Source of the DNA: a virus
Length of the DNA: 64,000 nt
Reading direction: 5' to 3' (one strand)
IMG/VR virus record: IMGVR_UViG_3300046542_000271
Location: 48,422 to 112,421 of that record
Position 1 is the stretch's first letter. Every line of letters starts with the position of its first letter. The notes under the pieces were generated by a model. That model searched no databases. It saw only the letters and a list, made by a program, of their open reading frames with translations, and had not been told where the DNA came from. Shown here piece by piece: positions 18,166 to 27,774 of the stretch. Both the position numbers and the translations under genes were made by a program.

Positions 18166-18516
18166 ATGTATTGCGGCTTCGATACACAAGCCGCTTTCAT
18201 AGGGCACTGTCCTAGACTCATCGCTGAGTTAGATCGCATCACTGAGCTGGAGTATCCGAGCGGTACTAGTGATCTCTGGCTGGGTGACCTTGCGCTAGAT
18301 CCACCTGCCGCATTGGCGTATATGTTCAAGCGCCGGATGTTAGACGCGCTGATCGGCAAGATGGACGTACGTGGACGGAATGTCCGATACCTTGAACTGG
18401 TCTACGAAGCTGTAGACGATGAGGTACTCAAGTACGCAATCGCCTCTGGACATGTCAAACAACTGAAAATCAACAGCCGTGGTTATTACCTGGCTAACGG
18501 GGGAGTAGATAGATGA
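18166..18516 (+). CDS. Hypothetical protein
   Basis: SD GAGG. Tight packing. Confidence 0.65.
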   Translation: MYCGFDTQAAFIGHCPRLIAELDRITELEYPSGTSDLWLGDLALDPPAALAYMFKRRMLDALIGKMDVRGRNVRYLELVYEAVDDEVLKYAIASGHVKQLKINSRGYYLANGGVDR

Positions 18517-18926
18517 ACAATTATAACGCACGCATCCAAGATCTCATCCTCGAGATCAACGATACGTTGGCGCCTAAGCACTTTGTAGAAGGTCATCCTG
18601 AACCGGCGGTGTTCCAGCATTATCGTCGGGAGATCATCGATTGTCCGAAACGTCCAATGGGCTGCATGCAGTTGGACTTGTCTGTCAAGACGCACATCGG
18701 ACATGACCATCACCGTAGTGACATCATCGTCACGATCGATACCAATGCTCACACGACGTGCGAGCACAACTGGATGAACTTCCACGCTCATCTGGTGAAC
18801 TTCGAAATGAAGAGTCGTGGCAAGGTCTACGCACCTCTCACCTGTCGGATCATGACAGAGGATGGGGAAGATGGACAGCGCATGATCAAGTACTTGGTCG
18901 GCTTGTTGCAGAACCTAAAGGAATAG
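18513..18926 (+). CDS. Hypothetical protein
   Basis: ATGA overlap with the previous gene. SD GGAG. Confidence 0.7.
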   Translation: MNNYNARIQDLILEINDTLAPKHFVEGHPEPAVFQHYRREIIDCPKRPMGCMQLDLSVKTHIGHDHHRSDIIVTIDTNAHTTCEHNWMNFHAHLVNFEMKSRGKVYAPLTCRIMTEDGEDGQRMIKYLVGLLQNLKE

Positions 18927-18932
18927 CGGTAG

Positions 18933-18977
18933 GATACCAGCAGGCACTACGCCTGCTGGTATCTGTTCTTTTTTTTT
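18933..18977 (+). terminator. Intrinsic terminator
   Basis: GATACCAGCAGGC-ACTAC-GCCTGCTGGTATC followed by a T9 tract. Confidence 0.9.
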
Positions 18978-18994
18978 GCAGTTAACTTTATTTC

Positions 18995-19017
18995 AGTCAT
19001 ACATAGTAGTCATGAAT
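18995..19017 (+). promoter_or_regulatory. Candidate early promoter (AGTSATACAT-N8-TGAAT)
   Basis: Second copy of the 13304 motif, immediately after a terminator. Confidence 0.55.
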
Positions 19018-19068
19018 CAACCATCTGATTCATCAATCGCAATTACTTAGTCCGTGGAGGACATTAAC

Positions 19069-19461
19069 ATGACTACTCAAATCGCTATCGCTGCAATCGA
19101 AGCTTCCCTGCGCAACAAGATCGTTAACGATGGCACAGTGATGGTCCGCCTGTCGGAAGAATGCCTGGCTCAGATGAACTTCATCGTTGACCGCATCCGG
19201 GTCATGGCCAAGTACGACGAATCCAAACTGGACGCTGAACAAATGGAGTTCGCCGTCATGACTGCCGAGCGTTTCCATAACTCGTCCATCGGCACCAAGA
19301 TCACCGACGGCTACCTCGACCTGGAAGAAGAAACTCACGTCGAGCGTATCATGGCTGAGTTGGAAGAGCGGTTTGCCGAAGAGGACATGCCAATCGGCTT
19401 CATGGTTCCAGTGTTCCTGGTGAACAAGATCCTGAACGAAACCAAATCGTTCGCTCTGTAA
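19069..19461 (+). CDS. Hypothetical protein (strong codon bias)
   Basis: SD GGAGG within the repeated leader AGTCCGTGGAGGACA. Confidence 0.8.
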   Translation: MTTQIAIAAIEASLRNKIVNDGTVMVRLSEECLAQMNFIVDRIRVMAKYDESKLDAEQMEFAVMTAERFHNSSIGTKITDGYLDLEEETHVERIMAELEERFAEEDMPIGFMVPVFLVNKILNETKSFAL

Positions 19462-19521
19462 TACAAACCAATCCGGGGAGGCATGAGTCTCCCCAACCTA
19501 AAGTCCGTGGAGGACAAGCTT

Positions 19522-19893
19522 ATGTCGCGCAATGAATCCGCTGTAGCTGTAATCGCCGCCCTGCAAGCCAATGGTGGCATGTTCATCGACGATCACCGCA
19601 AGGGTCGTGATGGCGAATCGAAAGCCCAGATGTTCGGCATCTACAAAGAACAGGGTAAGGAACATGCCTTCATCGGCTACACCAACAGCCTGTTCTGCAT
19701 CAACAAATGCTACATCGACGAAGCGGGCAAAGTGCATCTGTCCGAGTGGTCCGTCGGCGGTAACGTTCGCATCGATCGTTTCAAGGGTGACGTCGAAGGC
19801 GCCATCTTGCAGTTCAACGAAGACTGCGCCAAGTACAACAGCTTCGACAAGGAAGCTCGCATCAGCGAGTGGCACCTGAACAAAGCTGCGTAA
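19522..19893 (+). CDS. Hypothetical protein (strong codon bias)
   Basis: Same 15-nt leader with SD GGAGG. Confidence 0.8.
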   Translation: MSRNESAVAVIAALQANGGMFIDDHRKGRDGESKAQMFGIYKEQGKEHAFIGYTNSLFCINKCYIDEAGKVHLSEWSVGGNVRIDRFKGDVEGAILQFNEDCAKYNSFDKEARISEWHLNKAA

Positions 19894-19898
19894 GTACT

Positions 19899-19940
19899 AG
19901 AGGGCGGGGAGCAATCCCCGCCACTCACTCTTTTCTTTTA
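19899..19940 (+). terminator. Intrinsic terminator
   Basis: GGCGGGGA-GCAA-TCCCCGCC (GNRA loop) followed by a T-rich tract. Confidence 0.75.
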
Positions 19941-19954
19941 TCTGGAGAATCGTC

Positions 19955-20470
19955 ATGTGGCATCAGCATAAAGAAGCACTCGCAATGTTCAATATCTGCA
20001 CCCTGGTGCGCGATCAGTTGAATAAAGAACAAGTCGCTGGCGAGCCTATCGAGGATATCCTCAAGCGCCTCATCGGGTTCTACCAGGTCACCACCCAGAA
20101 GTTGGCCATGCTCGTTATGCAGGCGGATCGAGAGACCCAGACCAAGCATTTGTCCCACGTACTACAAACCAGCATCCAGGCCTATGTGGCGCATGACGAG
20201 TACATCGACTTCCCCACACTGCGCGAATACCTCACAGCCACCTGGCCTGACATGGACGTTGAAGGGGCGATCAATCCAAACACGGTAACTTACCGAGACA
20301 AAGACGGTAATGTCCACGAACCGAAGGTGTTTGATCTCACACCCGACATGAAGATCATGTTGGAGAACGATGGGTTTACTGGCCGCGCTAACCAACCTCT
20401 CGACATCGACGCGAGTAAGCCCGTTCAATACAGTTACGTCGACCAACTCAATAAGGAAAGTGACAAATGA
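19955..20470 (+). CDS. Hypothetical protein
   Basis: SD GGAG before the ATG. Confidence 0.7.
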   Translation: MWHQHKEALAMFNICTLVRDQLNKEQVAGEPIEDILKRLIGFYQVTTQKLAMLVMQADRETQTKHLSHVLQTSIQAYVAHDEYIDFPTLREYLTATWPDMDVEGAINPNTVTYRDKDGNVHEPKVFDLTPDMKIMLENDGFTGRANQPLDIDASKPVQYSYVDQLNKESDK

Positions 20471-20661
20471 GCCGCACATTCAACGCAGACTTCTGTGGTG
20501 ATACCTTCAACTACGCCATCACGCCAAGTCGCGTGAAATCCTCACACATGAAGAAGAGTATGCATAAGCTGGCGCAGCAGATCTTCAACAACAAGTCTCT
20601 GCGTGCGAAGAACCGCATCCGTAAAGTTGCTCGGCAGTTCGCGGTAGTGACACTACGTTAA
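20467..20661 (+). CDS. Small basic hypothetical protein
   Basis: ATGA overlap, SD AAGGA, K/R-rich 64 aa. Confidence 0.55.
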   Translation: MSRTFNADFCGDTFNYAITPSRVKSSHMKKSMHKLAQQIFNNKSLRAKNRIRKVARQFAVVTLR

Positions 20662-20663
20662 CA

Positions 20664-20712
20664 GCATAGAGACAGGAGCTTACGCTCCTGTCTCTAGCTT
20701 TCTTTTTTTTGT
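20664..20712. terminator. Terminator with GCATA flank
   Basis: GCATAGAGACAGGAGC-TTAC-GCTCCTGTCTCTA plus a T tract, between convergent genes. Confidence 0.85.
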
Positions 20713-21387
20713 TTACGCAGCCTTGCGAACGTTGCCAGGCAGGAAACCTTTCACCAACTTGTTGCGCACTTTCTGGATGCACTCCAAGCGGGTGATCTTG
20801 CCATCAGCGTTGAAGTCGATGCCTTTGTTCGGAAGGAACTGACTGTCGCCTTCTTGCCACAGCACGGTGTCGTCTGACTTGCCGATACCGGCTGGCCATA
20901 GGATGGCCAAATAGATGTCGCCCAGGTTCTGGATCTTCTTGCGGTAAGGCAGGAAGTGTTTCTCCACGTAGCCCAGTTGCTCGACCACAGACATCTTGGC
21001 CAGAGCTTCGACGGTCGTACCCAGGCCGATAGCCGTGTTCTTCATGAACTGGATCAAGCCGGTTGCAGTGGATACAGGAGACTTGATCGATGGACTGAAA
21101 GTCTCACCAGTCTCCCACGCCATGCAGCCCATGAAGTCCTGGACGTTATGCGGTGGTAAACCGAGGTTACGAACCACCTGACGCAGCTTGGTGATCTCCT
21201 GCTCGGTGAATTTCTTACCCCAAGGGATATCGACAGCGTCATTGCTAACGATGTTACTCGCCAGCAGGGCCTGATACGCCTTCTCGGAGTTGTTACCCCA
21301 GATGCCATCCGGAGTCCCAGGATTGAAGCCCAATTGCTTGAGCCAGGTCTGGGTTTCGAGGATGGTCTTGTTTGGCGTGGTAGCCAT
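20713..21387 (-). CDS. Modular endolysin: N-terminal peptidoglycan-binding domain plus lysozyme-fold/lytic transglycosylase domain
   Basis: QTWLKQLGF.PG..DGIWG (PG_binding_1). MAWETG...ATGLIQFM catalytic motif. Sits after the tail-fibre genes, like phiKZ gp144. Confidence 0.85.
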   Translation of the reverse strand: MATTPNKTILETQTWLKQLGFNPGTPDGIWGNNSEKAYQALLASNIVSNDAVDIPWGKKFTEQEITKLRQVVRNLGLPPHNVQDFMGCMAWETGETFSPSIKSPVSTATGLIQFMKNTAIGLGTTVEALAKMSVVEQLGYVEKHFLPYRKKIQNLGDIYLAILWPAGIGKSDDTVLWQEGDSQFLPNKGIDFNADGKITRLECIQKVRNKLVKGFLPGNVRKAA

Positions 21388-21397
21388 GGAACTCTCC

Positions 21398-22021
21398 TTA
21401 CTGAGGCTGGGACTTGATGTAGCGAATGACTTCCCGTACTGGGTCGTCTTCTACCAGCGTGGTGAGGACAACGTCCTTTGGAGCAGTGTCTGGACCGTAG
21501 GAGAACTCCAGGGTCCGAGACGTGAGCGTGAGCGGAGTAGTGCTGCTGGCATTGAATGCTGCCACCAACTCCATGTCACGGATGTTGTACTTGCGACCAA
21601 TGGTCTTGGTGAACTCCAACGCCTGCAACGCGATCGACGTCTTCTGCTCATCACTGAGCATCTCGATGTCGTCTTCCAGCATGTAGTACGTCTGGAAGGT
21701 GTTCTTGGCGTAATACTCGACCATGATCGGCTTGGTGCAATCCCCTTTGGAGATGCAGTCAAACCAATCGCTATTGTCAGGTGCCTTCAGGATCGTCCCT
21801 GCGGCGTACTGAGCTGGAGTGGTCGGCATGGTAGCGTAGCGCATCACCTGGAACTCAAGACGGCTGACACCGCCTGGTGGACCACTACAGATCCATCGAG
21901 CGGCATGAATGCGAGCGAAGCCAGTGTAACGACCTCGCAACATCATCAAACCACGGTCCACCCCGACGTAGGGGTTGGTGTGCTGCACGTTGGTGGGGCT
22001 TTCCGGGATTGGGTGCGGCAT
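21398..22021 (-). CDS. Hypothetical protein (possible fibre accessory)
   Basis: Co-oriented ORF with SD between the fibre genes and the endolysin. Confidence 0.65.
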   Translation of the reverse strand: MPHPIPESPTNVQHTNPYVGVDRGLMMLRGRYTGFARIHAARWICSGPPGGVSRLEFQVMRYATMPTTPAQYAAGTILKAPDNSDWFDCISKGDCTKPIMVEYYAKNTFQTYYMLEDDIEMLSDEQKTSIALQALEFTKTIGRKYNIRDMELVAAFNASSTTPLTLTSRTLEFSYGPDTAPKDVVLTTLVEDDPVREVIRYIKSQPQ

Positions 22022-22030
22022 TGTTCTTCC

Positions 22031-22771
22031 TTACAGAGGATTCCAGGTAGCTGGGAGTTTGGTCGGTGCATCGATAGTACCAGCCGATACAGGGATGACC
22101 GAACCACGCGGGATGAGGCTTGGACGGAAGGTGCTGATCCGGACAACAGGAGCCACCGTGATCGACGCAACGCCCGTACCGTTAGTGACCACGGTGCCGA
22201 TGTACATGATCGTGGCGGACTCAGGAGGAGAATCCGTACGCACCTGGTACAGTACCTGACCAAACCGCAGCTTCACGAACAGGTAGAACGTCTTGTTGGC
22301 TGGCGATGGATCTGCCGAAGCCAAGTCGAGCGTAGCAATCGGAACGTTGTACGGAACGCCAGACATCACGATCGGTACGACCTTGTTACAGGTAATACGA
22401 AACGCACTGCTTGTCCAGATAGTCGCGACGTTAACAGCCCGACTATCAAGCCATCCGTAGTGAGACAGCGGTACGATGGATCGTGGGATCTTCGTGGTGA
22501 GTAGCCCATCCACCATAGGGGCGGAGTACGAACCGATACTGACCATGGACTCCCCGTGTGGGTTGTCCTTCCTGGCAGCGTGAGTCGCGAGTGCGTCCCG
22601 CGCTGCTTGTAGGAGTTTGGCGACAGTCCAGTCGACCTTGAGGATACCGGCATCGCCAGAGCGAACAGCCAGGGGACGAATCCGCACTTTAAGGATGCGG
22701 ATCATCTCGTTACGGTATTTCAAGAACGACTTGGTCCGGAAGAGCTTGAGAGCTGAAATAGGACCAGCCAT
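22031..22771 (-). CDS. Short tail-fibre paralogue (cassette 2, short b)
   Basis: H...DNPH N-module, PLSHYG, and C-terminal RGSVIPVSAG...W module. Confidence 0.7.
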   Translation of the reverse strand: MAGPISALKLFRTKSFLKYRNEMIRILKVRIRPLAVRSGDAGILKVDWTVAKLLQAARDALATHAARKDNPHGESMVSIGSYSAPMVDGLLTTKIPRSIVPLSHYGWLDSRAVNVATIWTSSAFRITCNKVVPIVMSGVPYNVPIATLDLASADPSPANKTFYLFVKLRFGQVLYQVRTDSPPESATIMYIGTVVTNGTGVASITVAPVVRISTFRPSLIPRGSVIPVSAGTIDAPTKLPATWNPL

Positions 22772-22780
22772 GATGCCTCC

Positions 22781-23467
22781 TTATTGGAACCAAGTGGACG
22801 GAAGAGTACCCTGAGCAGCCTGAGTACCAGTCGAGTGCGGGATACCTTGACCACGCGGTGCATCAGTGATCGGGAAGTAGCCAATACGTGCACCCTTCTC
22901 CATCACGACACTCCACGTACTACCTGACTTGGTAGCGACGCCAATCGCGAACTCGTACTGACCTTCGCTAGCATCCGCGTCCAGGGAGAACGTCCCAACA
23001 ACCGCCGGAGGCTCTCCCGTGAACGTGACCTTGACGTAGTACTTAGACCCAGCGCCCAACGCCAATGCCGCTCCAGGTACCACGACAGTACGACCGTTGA
23101 AGATCAGGGTACTGGCAGGTACGTTGAGGTTACTGCCTGCGATGGTTGCAGCGATCAATGGGACCTTGCTGATCGGGAAGGCATCCTTGGGGAAGTACAC
23201 CGCCGACTTCGCGTCGTACGTCGATTTGGCCATGCCACCCAGTTGAGCCAAGGTTTCGCCGTGAGAGCTAGGCTTGGCGGTCTCGTGGGTGGTAACCTCG
23301 CCCTTGATGATGGCGATGATATCTGCCAGCGAGAGTCCGGTGAGTTTGTCTGTGTCTCCAGACTCTCTGACGCGACCCGCCTTCGACTTGATCAGCCGAA
23401 AGATCTGAGTCTTGTACTTGCCGAACTTCAAGCTGAGAGCTGCTAACATCTCTGCGCTTGTGGCCAT
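22781..23467 (-). CDS. Short tail-fibre paralogue (cassette 2, short a)
   Basis: HE...SSHGET..QLG, FPISK, and RGQGIPHSTG...W. Confidence 0.7.
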   Translation of the reverse strand: MATSAEMLAALSLKFGKYKTQIFRLIKSKAGRVRESGDTDKLTGLSLADIIAIIKGEVTTHETAKPSSHGETLAQLGGMAKSTYDAKSAVYFPKDAFPISKVPLIAATIAGSNLNVPASTLIFNGRTVVVPGAALALGAGSKYYVKVTFTGEPPAVVGTFSLDADASEGQYEFAIGVATKSGSTWSVVMEKGARIGYFPITDAPRGQGIPHSTGTQAAQGTLPSTWFQ

Positions 23468-23470
23468 GAG

Positions 23471-26383
23471 TTATTTCCAGTTGAGGCGACCGTAGGAGTT
23501 TGGAGTACCCGAGGTCAACGAGAGAGACGAACCGCGATCTTCTGGCGACAACATGTAACCATCTACCGCCACATGCTTCTGAATGTTGATCACACTCAGG
23601 CCTGTACTGATCGTGGTGAAGTAGCCCAGGTACAACGCAGGTGCCGCAGGTGCCACGGTGGTGGTGTCGTTGATCTTGTATTGCAGTTCATCACCCACTC
23701 GCACCAACCACACATGGAACGTCTTATTCCCATCGGTCGCTGGATTGAGATTGTAGTTGAACGGCTTCACTGGTTTGTAGTAACCGTCGAGCATCGCCGG
23801 TGTTTCATCGGAGAAGTAAACAGTCCACGCACTCACCACGCGTTGCGAGATCATGATGATGCCGTAGTTAGGATCCTTGGCCCGAGTCACGAGTTCAGGG
23901 ACGCTCAACGTCGTGAGTTGGTCAGTCGCACACACCGCAGCCACCATCTTCGATCCACAGTCAACCTCACCGTAGATGAATTCCGACGACAGGACCCAAT
24001 ACAGACCACGACTAGGTAAGTTCACCCAACCGCCCGGTGCCGTACCATTCCAGTAGTCCCAGTGCGTCAGTCCGACGTTGGCGAAGCCGCCACCTGGGGT
24101 GTACTGCATAGTCAGCATGACGTGACCGTTGTTACCCACGACGCCGTAGTAGCTACTGTCAGAGTAACCAATCACGAATCCGCCGTTCACGCGACGGATA
24201 GCCACCTGACCAGCATCCTGTTCAGGAACCAGGCCCATCAGAGTGTTGCCACTGTTGGCCCTGGTTAGCATCATCCCAGCGCCCGTGATCGACGCACCCG
24301 TTACCGCCTGACGACTACCCGAGATGTTCACCGGATAGCAGAACACGTAAAGCGCCCGGTCGGTGTGGATGTACGTACCGATCACGAATGGCGGCAAGTC
24401 GGTATAGACCTGCGGGATGATGAGCTCAAACGCCATCATCGGGACGCCAGGCGGAATGGTCGACAAGGCGTAACCGCGAGCTGACATATCACCCAAGATC
24501 TGCGCATGTAGGCTTGCCATCACAGCCTGAGGAACAGTGATCGATCCGGACAGTTGTAGGTTACGATCCACGTTCGCTGCCCGCGACGTCTCGGCAGGCC
24601 ACCAATTCGAGAACCGCGCCTGAGATACTTTCGACACGCCAGGCGACGCTTCGTTCAGGAAACGTCTGAAGTTGGTTGGCGTTACGCCGAGTTCGTTATA
24701 GGAAGTCCGATCGGATGTCGGAGCGAACCCTTTAAACGCATAGTTACCCGTCACCGACGAATACTGGAACGTTGGGTTGCCTTGAAGTACCGACCGTACG
24801 TAGAAGTTATCCACCACGCCATTATAACGACCGTAGTTCAGACAGGTGACCACATCGTCACCCACGTTACTCACGGCGCGGTAAGACGTTGTCAGCGCAC
24901 TACCAAAGCGACCTACCGGATATACTCGAGAACCTGCCTGATAGTCGTGCTCACCCGCCAACACTTCCATCGGGTCGAGCGTTGTGTCGTAGGCGAACCG
25001 CACCATGCTGAGGTTAATCGACTGGTACGAGGTCGATGTCCACAACCACACCTGGTTATAGATGTTGGAATAGATCGACGACGTGTCCTGACCGTAATGC
25101 CAATCTTGGTGAGAGGTTTTGGCGAACGTACGCAAGCAGGCCGATTCCGACACATCCCAGCCAGCCGCACCGTAATTGATGGACGCCTTCCAGTTGTGGT
25201 ACGGCGACACATCGATCTGCTTGTTCTCGTTGAACTCGTACTTGAAGTACCATTGATAGCCGGTGATCTGGGTCGCATTATCGCCGGGATAGTACTGCAC
25301 GTAGTGTGCGAAGAAAATGCCGGTGTTGCCGTTGTCACGAGTGAGGGCGGACGGCGTGTTGGAGCCGTTGGTTGCCCAGACCGTGGTGTTTGGCTTGCCG
25401 GTGTTGTTCGAAGAGCTGATGACGTCGTCAAACAGGATGATGTCATCTCGGATCACAGTACCTGCAACACCGCGATTGATGGTCCAACCCGTGATGCGAG
25501 TAGCGCCGTTGAAGACGCCGGTGATCAGGTCGTTCTTGTTGAGCCGCCATACACGGTGACCCATCTTACCTTCCTGATGGATGTCGTGCAGGATGTAGAC
25601 GTAGTTACCCTTCACGAACCCAAACGGGATGTGGTACAGGGCCGGCATCGGACCCTTGACCTCGAGGAAGTTGCCATTCGGGACGAAGACACCGGTGTGC
25701 TTGGTTTGGTCCATCGTGTTGTTGGTCAACGAGATGAAGTAACCTGTGTGCGCACCAGTGACTGAGTCCTTCATGATACCCGTGATGACATCTTGGGTAC
25801 CGTTGAGGATCGCCTTGGCTCGCATCCCGGCTGGGAAGTAAGCGGGACGATACTCAACGTTGGTCATGACCAAGTTGTTCATGTCCGTTTCCGTCATGGC
25901 GTTACGCAGGTACGAGTAGTACACACCTGCGCTGTCACCATCGGTACCCGAACGGAGGATCATCAGCGTACCGTTATCCTCCATCATCATCGCCACGTTG
26001 TTGTACGGCGTGGTGTTACTGCCCGATTCGTAACTACCGGTCACCGCAGGTGGTAGAAACTCGTTGTCACCGTAGAAACTCAGCGGAACGCCACCATTGT
26101 TGTCAGCCAGCATGTCGAACTTGGCTTCGTACTCGATAGCCGAGTAACTACCCACATCACCTGGTTTGAGGTTGTGGACGTTGATCCCAACCTTCTGGGT
26201 GTGCTTAGTGACCTCAGCTACTGCCAATGCCGAGATCTCAGCGGGAGTCTTACCGCCGAGCTTAACTGCGGTGTCCGCGTAGTCCGCAAAATCCGCAGGT
26301 TTATCGAGAGCCTTGATCAACTCCACTTTGAAGTCTTTCAGCTGGACTTTCAGAGCAGCCAGGGCTGCATCATTGTTTGCCAT
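23471..26383 (-). CDS. Long tail-fibre protein (phiKZ gp145/146-like; cassette 2)
   Basis: Shared N- and C-modules. FLPP.VTGS.E.G, EDNGTL..LR.GTDG...GVYY. Large central beta-rich domain. Confidence 0.75.
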   Translation of the reverse strand: MANNDAALAALKVQLKDFKVELIKALDKPADFADYADTAVKLGGKTPAEISALAVAEVTKHTQKVGINVHNLKPGDVGSYSAIEYEAKFDMLADNNGGVPLSFYGDNEFLPPAVTGSYESGSNTTPYNNVAMMMEDNGTLMILRSGTDGDSAGVYYSYLRNAMTETDMNNLVMTNVEYRPAYFPAGMRAKAILNGTQDVITGIMKDSVTGAHTGYFISLTNNTMDQTKHTGVFVPNGNFLEVKGPMPALYHIPFGFVKGNYVYILHDIHQEGKMGHRVWRLNKNDLITGVFNGATRITGWTINRGVAGTVIRDDIILFDDVISSSNNTGKPNTTVWATNGSNTPSALTRDNGNTGIFFAHYVQYYPGDNATQITGYQWYFKYEFNENKQIDVSPYHNWKASINYGAAGWDVSESACLRTFAKTSHQDWHYGQDTSSIYSNIYNQVWLWTSTSYQSINLSMVRFAYDTTLDPMEVLAGEHDYQAGSRVYPVGRFGSALTTSYRAVSNVGDDVVTCLNYGRYNGVVDNFYVRSVLQGNPTFQYSSVTGNYAFKGFAPTSDRTSYNELGVTPTNFRRFLNEASPGVSKVSQARFSNWWPAETSRAANVDRNLQLSGSITVPQAVMASLHAQILGDMSARGYALSTIPPGVPMMAFELIIPQVYTDLPPFVIGTYIHTDRALYVFCYPVNISGSRQAVTGASITGAGMMLTRANSGNTLMGLVPEQDAGQVAIRRVNGGFVIGYSDSSYYGVVGNNGHVMLTMQYTPGGGFANVGLTHWDYWNGTAPGGWVNLPSRGLYWVLSSEFIYGEVDCGSKMVAAVCATDQLTTLSVPELVTRAKDPNYGIIMISQRVVSAWTVYFSDETPAMLDGYYKPVKPFNYNLNPATDGNKTFHVWLVRVGDELQYKINDTTTVAPAAPALYLGYFTTISTGLSVINIQKHVAVDGYMLSPEDRGSSLSLTSGTPNSYGRLNWK

Positions 26384-26406
26384 GACCGGTAGTTCCTATC
26401 GAAAGA

Positions 26407-27048
26407 TTACAGAAGCGCGAGTTCGGACGCTGCGATGTCAAACTCATTCGCGATGCCCAGGCAGAACGCATCGTAGTCCGCAAACTTCGCACGAATCTGG
26501 TCGAGCAACAGTTGACGACTGGCAGTGTCACCCTCACGGATGGCTGCTGCGATGTCATAGTTGGACTCGATCAGATATTTGAGACCATATAAGTCGTAGG
26601 CACTGTGCAAGTGTGGTGTCGGCACAAATTGCGACGGGATACCGATGATGTCACCCCAGGCAATAACCCGGTTATCATCCGTCAGATCCTCGATTGCCTG
26701 CAAGATAGCGTACAGGGAATACGAGAACTCACCACCGACCATTTGCGCACTGATGGAGACCTGAGTGCCCACAGTCGGGTTGATGATCCGTACCGCGGTG
26801 TAGACCGACTGACCAGTGGCGAGGGAAGCCTCACGGTAGTGGTGGACCAACACGTAGTCGGTAACCGGAACCAGGACCTTGCCAGAGACGACGTCCTTGA
26901 TGATGGCGGTAGAACCGAAGAACGGACCGTAGTCCGCTGCGAACAAACGACCACGCAAAGCGCCGATCGTGTGCACTTCGTTCGTCACCTTGTTGGTTGG
27001 GCTTGTCCCCAGGAGGTCCAACGGGTATTTGAAGATGGTACCAGCCAT
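26407..27048 (-). CDS. Virion protein, putative fibre adapter (cassette 2)
   Basis: YPLDLLG....NKV..E.H, GPFF, Q.VGGE.S, P.QF.P..H.H and SNYDIAAAIRE. Paralogue of 31414-32235. Confidence 0.7.
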   Translation of the reverse strand: MAGTIFKYPLDLLGTSPTNKVTNEVHTIGALRGRLFAADYGPFFGSTAIIKDVVSGKVLVPVTDYVLVHHYREASLATGQSVYTAVRIINPTVGTQVSISAQMVGGEFSYSLYAILQAIEDLTDDNRVIAWGDIIGIPSQFVPTPHLHSAYDLYGLKYLIESNYDIAAAIREGDTASRQLLLDQIRAKFADYDAFCLGIANEFDIAASELALL

Positions 27049-27063
27049 TGTAATGACCTCTAA

Positions 27064-27762
27064 TTAGTTGAACCAGCCAGCAGCCAGCTTCGAAGGATCG
27101 CTCGCATTACCAGTTGCTACCGGGATAGCAGAACCGATTGGCGAGGTGCTGACCCGATACGTGTCAATCCGCGTCACCCGAGAGATCGACAATGTCGTCA
27201 CTGCCGTGGCACTGGTCACCACCCGACCGATGTACATCCGGGTAGCGGTCTCAGCCAAGTCCTGGGTGCTGAAGTAGTAGCTGATCGCACTACCGTTCCA
27301 ACGCAGGTACACGTAGTAGGTCGTGCTCGGCGACAGATCGATACTGAACGGAGCCACCTTACGGCTGTACCCGTTCATCATGGCCGCTACATCAGCCGTG
27401 AATGTCACGGTCAACCCAGTGGACGACACCGGGATAGCGGCGTTAGTCAACTCACCGTAGCGAGAGATCGGCAGAATACCCTCAGGGATGCGTCCGGCGA
27501 TGGAGTTGTCCACCGTCGGCTTGATCGTACCCAGCAGCTGGATGGCCGTTGTGCCGTGAGGGTTTTCTTTATTGTTGATGTGGAGGTTAGCTTCAGCCTT
27601 GGCTTCGTTGCCAAGCGAAGTCGCCGTGTATTCGCCAAGTCGTAAGGTGTTGTCGGCCACATCAGCCCCCTCCGCCTTACGTGCAAGTAGGGTCAACAAG
27701 TGACCCTTCATGCGATTGAACTCGGCCGCCATGTTGTCTACCAAAATGGTGATGGCACTCAT
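27064..27762 (-). CDS. Short tail-fibre paralogue (cassette 1, short b)
   Basis: HINNKENPHGTTA.QL, LPISRYG, and RIDTYRVS..PIGSAIPVATG...W. Confidence 0.7.
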   Translation of the reverse strand: MSAITILVDNMAAEFNRMKGHLLTLLARKAEGADVADNTLRLGEYTATSLGNEAKAEANLHINNKENPHGTTAIQLLGTIKPTVDNSIAGRIPEGILPISRYGELTNAAIPVSSTGLTVTFTADVAAMMNGYSRKVAPFSIDLSPSTTYYVYLRWNGSAISYYFSTQDLAETATRMYIGRVVTSATAVTTLSISRVTRIDTYRVSTSPIGSAIPVATGNASDPSKLAAGWFN

Positions 27763-27774
27763 TACTTGACCTCG

